From assembly GCA_937902275.1 (NCBI GenBank), contig CALFNW010000141.1, positions 1 to 56,937 on the forward strand: 56,937 bases of DNA. The letters run 5' to 3'. A program made the translations under genes and the position numbers. The notes beneath the pieces were generated by a model. That model worked only from the letters and a program-made list of their open reading frames with translations. It ran no database searches and was not told the DNA's origin. The DNA comes from an uncultured Clostridia bacterium. GTDB taxonomy: Bacteria > Bacillota > Clostridia > Oscillospirales > CAG-272. Of this stretch, positions 48,669-56,937 are shown piece by piece (the first letter of the stretch is position 1; each line of letters begins with the position of its first letter).

Positions 48669-49757
48669 ATGATAAGAAACAATCTGAAAAGACTGCTTGC
48701 GCTCATGCTTGTGATCGTAATGCTCGTTTGCACAGCATCATGCGGAGCCGATAAGACGAACAACGGTGACAGTAATACACCGAATGCTTCGCTCGACGGA
48801 CTCACCGACGATACGGTGGTTGCAACCTTAAACGGTCACGACCTCACATACGGTATGTACCGCTATCTCTACCTCACAATTGAGAACAACTACCTCTCAA
48901 GCGACGCGGATTTTCTGAAGAACAACGAAAACGCTGAGGAAACTCTCAAGAATGAAGCCATCTATGCGGCGGCTCAGTTCTATGCGATCAAGGATGAAGC
49001 AGCTAAAAACAGCGTTACGCTTTCCGAATCGGATATCTCCGAGATCGACAGCTACATCAATATGTTCAAGTCAAGTTCGGAAGATTTTGACGCAACGCTC
49101 AGAGAGATCAACCTCACCGAGGCGCTCTACAGAGAATTTCTTGAAATCACTACGCTTGAAAACAATCTGATCGCCAAGGTCTACGAGGATCCTTCGATCG
49201 TCGGAATCAACAAGTCCGATATCGTTGATAAGCTCATGAGCGACGAGTATGTGAGAGTAATGCATATTCTCTACGCCGATAAAGCAACTGCCGAAGGCGT
49301 GCTTGAACAGGCAAAGAACGCTACCGACGAAGAATTCTATGAGCTTGCACAGGAAGCGGAAGACACCGGAATGATCGGCAACAAAGGCGGCTACTACTTC
49401 ACATATGATGAAATGGTAAAGCCCTTTGAAGAAGCAAGCTTCGCACTCAAGGAGGGTGAGACCAGCGATCTCGTTCAGAGCGATTACGGATATCATATAA
49501 TCCGCCGCCTCGAAAAGGATAAAGCTTACGTCGAAGAAAACATCGACACGCTTTCTCAGAGATTCCTCCAGGTTGAATATTACAAGCAGCTTGATGCGCT
49601 CGCTGATGATATCACGGAAAACAAAGTAGAAACCAAGGATATTCTCGCAAGCCTGAACAGCTCAAACATTACGCCTCTCGAAGCTCCCAAGGCAGATTCC
49701 GAATCGGTTTCCGACTCTGAATCCGACTCGACCTCCGAAAGCGTGATCGAGGGTTAA
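48669..49757 (+). CDS. PpiC-type peptidyl-prolyl isomerase lipoprotein (PrsA-like foldase)
   Basis: Lipoprotein-type signal (LVIVMLVCTASCG) and a parvulin core (GGYYFTYDEMVKPFEEASFALKEGETSDLVQSDYGYHII). Confidence 0.8.
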   Translation: MIRNNLKRLLALMLVIVMLVCTASCGADKTNNGDSNTPNASLDGLTDDTVVATLNGHDLTYGMYRYLYLTIENNYLSSDADFLKNNENAEETLKNEAIYAAAQFYAIKDEAAKNSVTLSESDISEIDSYINMFKSSSEDFDATLREINLTEALYREFLEITTLENNLIAKVYEDPSIVGINKSDIVDKLMSDEYVRVMHILYADKATAEGVLEQAKNATDEEFYELAQEAEDTGMIGNKGGYYFTYDEMVKPFEEASFALKEGETSDLVQSDYGYHIIRRLEKDKAYVEENIDTLSQRFLQVEYYKQLDALADDITENKVETKDILASLNSSNITPLEAPKADSESVSDSESDSTSESVIEG

Positions 49758-49780
49758 GCGTATAAAACACGAAATACCCG

Positions 49781-49812
49781 AGTCCGCCGCATTGCGGCGG
49801 ACTTTTTGTTTT
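49781..49812 (+). terminator. intrinsic terminator after the prsA-like gene
   Basis: AGTCCGCCGC-att-GCGGCGGACT followed by TTTTGTTTT. Confidence 0.8.
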
Positions 49813-49814
49813 CG

Positions 49815-50252
49815 CTAATTGTCCGACTCAAGCGAGTTTATCACATCGGCATATGCCAAATTAAAAAGCTCGCGTTTACGCTCGTTTTTCTCCGTCAGCT
49901 CAAGATATCCGAACAGCGCTTCAAATCCGGTCGCACGGTGATATTCGCTCACGGTCGCGCTTTTCGGGGTTTTTACATTTGCATTTCTGCCGCGTTTGAA
50001 ATAAGCAAGCTCCTCAGGCTCAAGCAAGCCCTCGATCTTCGAAAACGCCACGCTTTGAGCGGTCGCCTTTACAAATCGAAGGGCATTTTTATTCAGCGAT
50101 GCGCTGTCATACATTCCGAGTCCGATGAGATATTCCCTCACCATCAACTCGATCACACAGTCGCCGAGATAGGCAAGCGCCATGCCGGTAAGCTCATTCG
50201 GGAGCCGCCGTTTTACATTTTTGTCTGCGCTTGTGTTTTCAATCGTATTCAT
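49815..50252 (-). CDS. mrnC: Mini-ribonuclease 3
   Basis: LAYLGDCVIELMVREYL and RGRNA...KSA..EY..ATGFEAL motifs. ATG 50252 follows AAGGAG; the track start GTG 50288 is longer. Confidence 0.8.
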   Translation of the reverse strand: MNTIENTSADKNVKRRLPNELTGMALAYLGDCVIELMVREYLIGLGMYDSASLNKNALRFVKATAQSVAFSKIEGLLEPEELAYFKRGRNANVKTPKSATVSEYHRATGFEALFGYLELTEKNERKRELFNLAYADVINSLESDN

Positions 50253-50606
50253 GCGCGATTCGGCTCCTTTTTTGTTGTCATATTGCACAAATTCATTGAA
50301 AACAACCGAAATTCAGCCGCTTTTTCAATGAACGGTTCAATTGTAGCAGATATCGGAGCACATTTCAACTCCAATAAATGCCAAAATGCAATGGCAAAGG
50401 GCGTGCAGATTTGTGCATTTTATCAAAAATATTCCGTTGAAGTTTGTCCTTGCAAACCCGTTATACATCAAAATATACATATATTTTTCCGGTATTTTCC
50501 ACTCACATATTTTATTCGTTTAAAATGTCAATTGACTTTTATCCCCTTTATTGGTTATACTTAAAAATACGTTAATTTATATGTATATGAAAGGAATTTC
50601 GGAACA

Positions 50607-51755
50607 ATGAACGACCTGCTCGGCACGCTGTTCGAAAATTTCGCCAACATTACATGGGAACAAGTGGTAATGTGGGTGATCGGCGCAATACTTATTTATC
50701 TGGCAATCAAAAAAGAAATGGAGCCCGCATTGCTGTTACCGATGGGCTTCGGTGCGATCCTTGTCAATCTTCCGATGTCGGGAGCCGTCAATCAGAACGT
50801 GAACGGCGTTACCGAGATCGGTATAATAGACGAACTGTTTAACTTCGGTATTGATAACGAGCTGTTCCCGCTGCTTTTATTCATCGGAATCGGCGCAATG
50901 ATCGACTTCGGTCCGCTGCTCAACGATCCGAAACTGTTACTGTTCGGCGCGGCAGCGCAGTTCGGCATCTTCATGACGATAAGTCTTGCCTCATTGCTCG
51001 GCTTCACCCTTCAGGAATCGGCTTCGATCGGTATAATCGGCGCCGCCGACGGTCCTACCTCAATATTTGTTGCTAATCATTACCTCGGCGAAGGCGCGAA
51101 TCTTATGGGTCCGATAATCGTTTGCGCGTACTCGTATATGGCGCTCGTGCCGATAGTACAGCCGCCGATCATCAAACTTGTTACCACAAAGAAAGAACGT
51201 CTGATCCGTATGCCTTACGAGCAAAAGAACGTATCAAAGGTCGCTCGTATAATCTTCCCGATCGCCGTAACCGCGATAACCGGACTTTTCGCTCCGAAAG
51301 CGGTCGCGCTTGTCGGTTTCCTGATGTTCGGCAACCTTATCCGTGAATGCGGCGTGCTCAATTCGCTCTCTGAGACCGCGCAGAATAACCTCGCAAATCT
51401 CATAACGCTCCTGCTCGGCATCACGGTCGCCTCGAAAATGCGTGCCGAGGATTTTGTAAACATAGCAACGCTCAAGATCCTTTTGCTCGGACTGTTCGCT
51501 TTCGTATTTGATACGATCGGCGGCGTGCTCTTTGCAAAACTCATAAATCTGTTCTCAAAGAAGAAAATAAACCCGATGATCGGCGCCGCCGGTATATCGG
51601 CGTTCCCGATGTCTGCACGCGTAGTTCACAAAATGGGACTTGCCGAGGACAATCAGAACTTCCTGCTCATGCATTCGATCGGTACGAATGTATCAGGTCA
51701 GATCGCTTCGGTCATCGCCGGCGGTCTCATTCTTAACCTGATCGATAAGTTTTAA
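50607..51755 (+). CDS. sodium ion-translocating decarboxylase, beta subunit (OadB/GcdB/MmdB family)
   Basis: 382 aa polytopic protein with EPALLLPMGFGAILVNLP and IGAADGPTSIF family motifs. Confidence 0.85.
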   Translation: MNDLLGTLFENFANITWEQVVMWVIGAILIYLAIKKEMEPALLLPMGFGAILVNLPMSGAVNQNVNGVTEIGIIDELFNFGIDNELFPLLLFIGIGAMIDFGPLLNDPKLLLFGAAAQFGIFMTISLASLLGFTLQESASIGIIGAADGPTSIFVANHYLGEGANLMGPIIVCAYSYMALVPIVQPPIIKLVTTKKERLIRMPYEQKNVSKVARIIFPIAVTAITGLFAPKAVALVGFLMFGNLIRECGVLNSLSETAQNNLANLITLLLGITVASKMRAEDFVNIATLKILLLGLFAFVFDTIGGVLFAKLINLFSKKKINPMIGAAGISAFPMSARVVHKMGLAEDNQNFLLMHSIGTNVSGQIASVIAGGLILNLIDKF

Positions 51756-51775
51756 CGTAAACGAAGGAGCACATC

Positions 51776-51901
51776 ATGAATACAGAAGCTTTTCTCGCAA
51801 CCCTTCCGATAATGGGTAAAGGTATGCTCGGCATATTCGTTGTCGCCGCGCTCATCGTGTTGGCAATGTATCTGTTACGTATGCTCGGAACCAAAAAGTA
51901 A
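51776..51901 (+). CDS. OadG-like small membrane subunit (41 aa)
   Basis: Absent from the ORF track because it is under 60 aa. GAAGGAG lies 8 nt upstream of ATG 51776. It translates to MNTEAFLATLPIMGKGMLGIFVVAALIVLAMYLLRMLGTKK, a single-TM protein typical of decarboxylase gamma chains. Confidence 0.6.
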   Translation: MNTEAFLATLPIMGKGMLGIFVVAALIVLAMYLLRMLGTKK

Positions 51902-51926
51902 GCTGTCGCAAAAACTGACAGACACA

Positions 51927-51995
51927 AATCCCCGAACCGAATATGCCGCAATCGCTCAAAACTTGCAGGCGTATTTGGTTCGGGGATTTTGTTTT
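51927..51995 (+). terminator. long-stem intrinsic terminator
   Basis: AAATCCCCGAACCGAATATGCC ... GGCGTATTTGGTTCGGGGATTT (2 mismatches) followed by TGTTTTG. Confidence 0.65.
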
Positions 51996-52043
51996 GCACT
52001 GCACAGTACATACGGCACCTATACACACTGCGCTTTTTGTCTA

Positions 52044-52072
52044 TTGACATTTTTCGCGCTTTATTTTATAAT
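52044..52072 (+). promoter_or_regulatory. promoter TTGACA-17-TATAAT
   Basis: Perfect consensus hexamers at 52044-52049 and 52067-52072. Confidence 0.65.
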
Positions 52073-52107
52073 ATGAAGGATCCAGATATATGAAAGGTGC
52101 TTGCAAT

Positions 52108-53061
52108 ATGAAATATATATTTGTAATTAACCCTAAAGCCGGACCGAAAAATGCTACTGCTGACATAAAAAATATGCTTGAGCGCTCTAATCGGAGCGAC
52201 TCATGCGAATATTACGTGACAAAATGCGCGAATGACGCGGCATCGTATGTATCGAAATACGCCGACGATCATTATAACGAAGAATTATGCTTCGTCGCCT
52301 GCGGCGGTGATGGAACGCTTAACGAAGTCGCAACCGGTGCGGTAGGCCATAAAAACGCCGCTGTTGCAGTTTTCCCGGTCGGAAGCGGAAACGACTTTGT
52401 TAAATACTTCGGAGGCAAGGAGGCGTTTCTCGACGTCGACGCACTCTTTGAAGGCTGCCCTGAAGATATAGACATACTGAAGATCGACGACCGCTATTCT
52501 GTCAATGTCTGCAACTTCGGATTTGATACCACGGTCGCGGATACGATGCAGAAAGTAAAACGATATCCGATAATCGGCGGCTCAAACGCTTATTATTGCG
52601 GTATTGCCAAGGCACTTATGACTTCAATGAAAAATCGTTGCAAAATATACGCTGACGGAAAATTACTCAATCCGAGCGGAAAGATATTGCTCTGCACTCT
52701 CGCAAACGGCTCTCACGTCGGCGGAAGCTTTAATTGTGCTCCTCGCAGTGACTGCACCGACGGTCTCATAGAAGTCTGCGTAGTAGATCCCATACACCTG
52801 CCGAAATTTCTGAAGCTGCTGCCCTTTTACGAACGCGGCACTCATCTCGACGCGCCCGAATTTGAAGGCATACTTACATATACACGCGCAAAGTCCGTGC
52901 GTATCGAAGCGCCCGAGGGCTTCCGCATTTCTCTTGACGGGGAGCTTGCGGCGAAAAACGAAGTGACGGTCGAATGTCTGAACCGCGCAGTGCGGTTGAT
53001 GATACCGCGCGGAGCGCACAAAGCAAACCGCACTGCCGCACACGAAGCCGTCAACGCCTGA
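52108..53061 (+). CDS. diacylglycerol/lipid kinase (DagK/YegS family)
   Basis: FVINPKAG..., ACGGDGTLNEV, and PVGSGNDF. Confidence 0.85.
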   Translation: MKYIFVINPKAGPKNATADIKNMLERSNRSDSCEYYVTKCANDAASYVSKYADDHYNEELCFVACGGDGTLNEVATGAVGHKNAAVAVFPVGSGNDFVKYFGGKEAFLDVDALFEGCPEDIDILKIDDRYSVNVCNFGFDTTVADTMQKVKRYPIIGGSNAYYCGIAKALMTSMKNRCKIYADGKLLNPSGKILLCTLANGSHVGGSFNCAPRSDCTDGLIEVCVVDPIHLPKFLKLLPFYERGTHLDAPEFEGILTYTRAKSVRIEAPEGFRISLDGELAAKNEVTVECLNRAVRLMIPRGAHKANRTAAHEAVNA

Positions 53062-53128
53062 TATGCTGCGATGAATTACACTGCATAAATTATCAAATCT
53101 GAGCCGCACAGCGGCAACTATATAATGT

Positions 53129-53389
53129 ATGAATGAATTTTCCAAGCTCATGAAAATGAGCGAAACCGATTTTGAAGCCCTTGAGCAAGCGGAAGCCGCT
53201 CATCTTGCCGCGCTTGAAGCGCGCGGCGCTCACCGAATTTGCGCGCTTGATAACGTCTGCGTCACCGATGACGGCAGGATGTACGCGCTGACCCCGCTTG
53301 AGCGCGGAGAAGAAGTCATTCGCGAAGGCACTCTCTTCGGCAGAGCGGCAAAGCGCACCGCGGCAGAAGAACAGGTCAGAATAGAATAA
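53129..53389 (+). CDS. hypothetical small protein (86 aa)
   Basis: ORF followed directly by a palindromic terminator. No recognisable family. Confidence 0.4.
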   Translation: MNEFSKLMKMSETDFEALEQAEAAHLAALEARGAHRICALDNVCVTDDGRMYALTPLERGEEVIREGTLFGRAAKRTAAEEQVRIE

Positions 53390-53390
53390 A

Positions 53391-53435
53391 CAATGGGGTG
53401 TAAAAAGCTCAAATTGAGCTTTTTACACCCCATTG
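53391..53435. terminator. palindromic bidirectional terminator element (family copy 3)
   Basis: CAATGGGGTGTAAAAAGCTCAA-a-TTGAGCTTTTTACACCCCATTG, perfect 22-bp arms. Confidence 0.7.
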
Positions 53436-53565
53436 TTATTGGTCGCGTCGGTCAAACGTCGCCGTGCTGACTGAAAAAAAGATCAAAACTCTCTTCAAAA
53501 AGGACGGGATCCTGACCGAAATTGTTGGAAAACTGTTAAACACATCATTTTTTACAGCTTCTGTT

Positions 53566-55845
53566 TTATTCCTGTCCCTTTAGCGCTTCGACCATGTCGA
53601 TCTTTCGGTTCTTACGCGCCACTAGCAGACTGACCGCCAAAGCCATTCCCACAGTCAGCAAAATCGTAAAGACGTATGAACTCACCTCGATCGCCATTTT
53701 CATCTCATATTCCGACGCAAGCGTTTTTAGCAAGTATGAAAGCGTCAACGCACCGATCGGAATACCGATCAGGATTCCGAATGCAGACAGCGCAAGATTC
53801 TGACCGGCAAGCAGTCCGCCGATCTTCTTGTCGCGAAATCCGACTACCTTCAGCGTCGCCATTTCGCGATACCGCTCGGTATAGCTCATAGAGCCGAGAT
53901 TATAAAGCACGATGATCCCGAGAAGCAATGCGCCGAATACAAGCAAATAGATCATCGTATCCATGATCGAGAGAAATGTTTCAAAGGAATCCATTATCAT
54001 TTGCTTAGACTGTACCGATTTGATTGATTCCGTGTTTGTAATCTCGCTCTTTTGCGCATCGGTGTAAACCGAATCGATCGTATACGGCAGCTTAAGCGTG
54101 TCGGCATAGGCGTCCGATATTATCACGTTTTCCGATACACTGCGGAAAATCCCGGCGACTCTCAGCGTGTAATTATCATCGGTGCCGAAAGGACTCGCGG
54201 AAAAAGTATCGCCGACGTTAAGATCAAATTGCTCGGCAAGGCGCATACAAATATATGCACCGTTATCAATGATATCTATCTTGTCCGCGTTTTCGTCCAT
54301 AATGCGGATCTTATCATGCCCGACATCGTAAATATCGAGCGAAACCGTTTTCCCGTCGATCTGTACGCTGACCGAACCGCCGAAATCACCGTCATATCTG
54401 TCGATAACTTTCTGACGCTCAGCATCGGTCGCCGTTTCGGAAAGGAAAATGCGCGAGGAATAGTTAAGTCCGTTGTCATAGTACAATTCGAGAAATGAAT
54501 TCATGGTATCTTTCATGCCGAATGAGGCGAGTATCAAGACCGTACAACCGACGATCCCGATAAGACTCATCGCAGTCCTTGCTTTATGACGCACGATATC
54601 ACGCATATTCCATCTGGTGCCGAACGGCAGTTTATGAAAGAGCGCGGTGCGTTCGGCAAGCATCGGCTTGACTTTTTTAGGAGTATACGGACGTAATGCG
54701 TCCGCCGCGGTTCCCGCGAGCATCTTTCGAACCGAAAGTAAGCCGACCGCAGTAAGCGCGAGCACCAGAATGACCAGAATCACGACACAAAAATGCGGCA
54801 ATATCAGCTTCCATTCGGGAAGATCAAGATATGTGCCCATCATCCCGTTCGGATTCATGATGAACCATGCGATACCGTATCCGACTCCTATACCCAAGAG
54901 CGTACCGACAACTGCTACAAACAAAGCAAAGGTGGTATAGTGGAAAGTAATCCTGCCGTCGTGAAAGCCGAGCGCCTTAAGCGTTCCGATCTGTGTTTTC
55001 TCCTTCGCAGTCAGACGATGCATTGTCGTGACCATAGTAAGCAGACCGATAAGCAGGAAAAGCGTCGGCAGGATGCTTCCCATCGCTTTGCCCTCGCTTA
55101 CTTCACCCTCAGCCTGCGAATATGCTACGGTGTCATCTTTGGTAAGGATCACAGTAGTCTGCTCAAGTGCTTGGTTCACCAATTCGGAAAAACGATCTTT
55201 ATCAAGTTTTGAAATTACATTGATCTGCGGATAGTACCCGAACCCGAACGCTTCTTCATACATTACAGGCGAAATATATGCAAATCCGTGCGTGGCGAAA
55301 TCCGGCATCAGCTGTGTTCTGTCACGGACGCAGATCATTTGCTCCGCAGCTTTTATAAGCCCCTTGACCGTGCCGGAGATCTCGGTATTACGGTAAACAA
55401 ATACAACCGTGTCGCCGATGCTGATACCGTTTTCGGCTGCATATCGGTCGGAAAGCCAAATGCCGTCCGTACTGTCCTTATCATACGCGCTACCATCGAT
55501 CAAAACAAAAGCCGAAACCTCGAAATTTGTAGTCACCGCGAGCGACACACTGTCGCCGCCCGAGTTCTTGACATCCGCATTTACCGAAAGAAAGCGCGCC
55601 GCCGCTTTTACCCCGTCAAGCTCCGCTACGACTTTAAGCTCGTCCTCGGAATACCCATTTTCGTTTACAAGACGGTAATCGGCAAAGTTGCTGTCATCGA
55701 AAAACGAATACATATTACGTTCAATGCTTGCCCATTCCATATTGAATCCGACAAACATACCGACGCCGAGCATAACCATAAGGATCATTGAAATAAACTG
55801 CGCTTTATAGCTCCATGCCGTGCGCAACATCTTCTTTATTAACAT
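53566..55845 (-). CDS. ABC transporter permease, FtsX/MacB-type (two FtsX modules)
   Basis: 759 aa with two MacB_PCD-like extracytoplasmic regions, each followed by FtsX-type TM bundles. Confidence 0.8.
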   Translation of the reverse strand: MLIKKMLRTAWSYKAQFISMILMVMLGVGMFVGFNMEWASIERNMYSFFDDSNFADYRLVNENGYSEDELKVVAELDGVKAAARFLSVNADVKNSGGDSVSLAVTTNFEVSAFVLIDGSAYDKDSTDGIWLSDRYAAENGISIGDTVVFVYRNTEISGTVKGLIKAAEQMICVRDRTQLMPDFATHGFAYISPVMYEEAFGFGYYPQINVISKLDKDRFSELVNQALEQTTVILTKDDTVAYSQAEGEVSEGKAMGSILPTLFLLIGLLTMVTTMHRLTAKEKTQIGTLKALGFHDGRITFHYTTFALFVAVVGTLLGIGVGYGIAWFIMNPNGMMGTYLDLPEWKLILPHFCVVILVILVLALTAVGLLSVRKMLAGTAADALRPYTPKKVKPMLAERTALFHKLPFGTRWNMRDIVRHKARTAMSLIGIVGCTVLILASFGMKDTMNSFLELYYDNGLNYSSRIFLSETATDAERQKVIDRYDGDFGGSVSVQIDGKTVSLDIYDVGHDKIRIMDENADKIDIIDNGAYICMRLAEQFDLNVGDTFSASPFGTDDNYTLRVAGIFRSVSENVIISDAYADTLKLPYTIDSVYTDAQKSEITNTESIKSVQSKQMIMDSFETFLSIMDTMIYLLVFGALLLGIIVLYNLGSMSYTERYREMATLKVVGFRDKKIGGLLAGQNLALSAFGILIGIPIGALTLSYLLKTLASEYEMKMAIEVSSYVFTILLTVGMALAVSLLVARKNRKIDMVEALKGQE

Positions 55846-55855
55846 CGTCCGCTCC

Positions 55856-56560
55856 TTACCAATCTATCTCATCAGCCGAAGCAGGTTCGCTTTGGTCCTT
55901 CGCCGACACAATTTTGCCGTTTTTTACGTTTATCACGGTGTCCGCCATTTTGGCGATATTCTGGTTATGAGTCACTATCACAACGGTTTTGCCGTATTCG
56001 CGAGCCATTCTCTGTAAAAGCTTAAGCACGAGCACTCCGGTCGCGGAGTCAAGCGCACCGGTCGGCTCATCACAGAGAATAATTTTCGGATTCTTGGCAA
56101 GTGCACGCGCGATCGACACTCTCTGCTGCTCTCCGCCCGAAAGCTCGGCGGGAAAATTACCTGCATGGTCCGCAAGCCCCACTTCTTCAAGCATCCCGGT
56201 CGCCGATAGCGCATTTGGAGAAATTTCTTTAACAAGGGCAACATTTTCATGTACGGTCAGCGTCGGGATAAGATTATAAAACTGAAAAACAAATCCGACC
56301 GTTTCCGCACGATAGTCTGCGAGCGCGTTTGCGGAAAGCGAGGATATGTCCCTGCCGCACACGCAGATCTTTCCCGCGCTCGGACTGTCAAGCCCGCCGA
56401 GCAAATTCAGCAGAGTGCTTTTTCCGGCGCCCGACGGCCCGAGTATCACCACGAACCTGCCTTCTTCCAAAGTCAGATCAATTCCGTCAAGCGCTCTCAG
56501 CTCGTGGTCGCCGCTTTGGTAGACACGACTTACATTATTAAATTCAACAATTGTCATCAT
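55856..56560 (-). CDS. ABC transporter ATP-binding protein (MacB/LolD-like)
   Basis: Walker A GPSGAGKST, signature LSGGEQQRV and Walker B ILCDEPTGALD. Confidence 0.92.
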   Translation of the reverse strand: MMTIVEFNNVSRVYQSGDHELRALDGIDLTLEEGRFVVILGPSGAGKSTLLNLLGGLDSPSAGKICVCGRDISSLSANALADYRAETVGFVFQFYNLIPTLTVHENVALVKEISPNALSATGMLEEVGLADHAGNFPAELSGGEQQRVSIARALAKNPKIILCDEPTGALDSATGVLVLKLLQRMAREYGKTVVIVTHNQNIAKMADTVINVKNGKIVSAKDQSEPASADEIDW

Positions 56561-56600
56561 CCGTCCTCCGAATCCGTAAAAAAATTTTATTCTTTGCGAT

Positions 56601-56646
56601 CAAACAAAAAGGCGGGGAAAGCTGCAATTCTGCCGTTTTCCCCGCA
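56601..56646 (-). terminator. intrinsic terminator
   Basis: Minus strand GCGGGGAAA-loop-TTTCCCCGC followed by CTTTTTGTTTG. Confidence 0.7.
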
Positions 56647-56650
56647 AAGT

Positions 56651-56821
56651 TTACTTTTTGTGACAGGAGCTTGCCATTGCGCAGTGAGCGCAGTTGCTTC
56701 CGCAGGTGGACTTACCGTTTTTGTGATCGTGCACCAGCTTTATCAGGATCAAAGCAATAATTGCGGCAAGTACAAGAGCAATAACAACAGTTCCCAAATA
56801 TTCCGAGATCCATGTAAGCAT
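56651..56821 (-). CDS. FeoB-associated Cys-rich membrane protein (56 aa)
   Basis: Absent from the ORF track. AAGGAG lies 8 nt upstream. It translates to MLTWISEYLGTVVIALVLAAIIALILIKLVHDHKNGKSTCGSNCAHCAMASSCHKK, one TM segment plus a Cys-rich tail. Confidence 0.65.
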   Translation of the reverse strand: MLTWISEYLGTVVIALVLAAIIALILIKLVHDHKNGKSTCGSNCAHCAMASSCHKK

Positions 56822-56848
56822 TATCAAAACTCCTTTCCTTAAAACCGA

Positions 56849-56937
56849 TTACTTTACCTTTGCGGTAAGCTTGGATTCCTTAACATTAGCAGTAAGTTTG
56901 GTAGCTTCCTTGTAAGGACGCACGAGCATATATATCA
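56849..56937 (-). CDS. 3' end of a gene running off the window (possibly feoB)
   Basis: The open frame ends ...DIYMLVRPYKEATKLTANVKESKLTAKVK* at 56849. The feoB guess rests only on the Cys-rich partner gene downstream. Confidence 0.3.
   Translation of the reverse strand, partial: IYMLVRPYKEATKLTANVKESKLTAKVK

Noticed and set aside
1-56937. Looked for CRISPR arrays, tRNA/rRNA genes, IS elements or integrases, prophage genes and toxin-antitoxin or defence-type gene pairs
   Set aside because: I saw no spaced direct repeats, no cloverleaf-compatible intergenic segments (the gaps are taken up by promoters, terminators and riboswitches) and no transposase, integrase or phage-like ORFs. RecD2 and AddAB look like the standard housekeeping versions.

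Overview
This window reads as a chromosomal segment of a Gram-positive anaerobe (Firmicutes/Clostridia-like), judged from gene content, SigA-type promoters, intrinsic terminators and SD-led starts. All calls rest on motif recognition by eye plus the supplied ORF track, since no database search could be run. Most of it is core housekeeping: lepA-hemW-ppa, recD2, a SAM-I riboswitch with metK, lgt, an FMN riboswitch with ribU, the str operon (rpsL-rpsG-fusA-tuf), a type IIA topoisomerase B subunit, addB-addA, clpC, mrnC, a PrsA-like foldase, dagK and a MacB-type ABC pair. Two accessory-looking blocks sit among these. The first (31.2-42.7 kb) holds AraC, a cytoplasmic GH5, a DMT permease, a beta-helix protein, an uncharacterised ATP-grasp/PHP/CE4-deacetylase operon and a 1028-aa GHL10-amidase fusion. 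The second (42.9-46.5 kb) holds a DapA-like lyase, AraC, a sugar-phosphate isomerase and a ferritin-like protein. I found no rRNA, tRNA, CRISPR array, transposase, integrase or recognisable defence or toxin-antitoxin module. The most unusual signals are non-coding. (1) Two sequence families of GC-rich triloop hairpins lie in the sense orientation, with the hairpin base 12-13 nt upstream of start codons: TTGAGCCGTCT in three exact copies plus three relatives, and GGGTCGGCTWCGCCGACAY in three copies. (2) Three 39-45 nt perfect palindromes lie between convergent genes and show compensatory substitutions. (3) An FMN riboswitch begins 4 nt after the tuf 3' hairpin with no visible promoter, and is followed by a ~250-nt spacer before ribU. 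The best protein-level candidate for new biology is the ATP-grasp/PHP/CE4 operon. Its proposed function is inference only.
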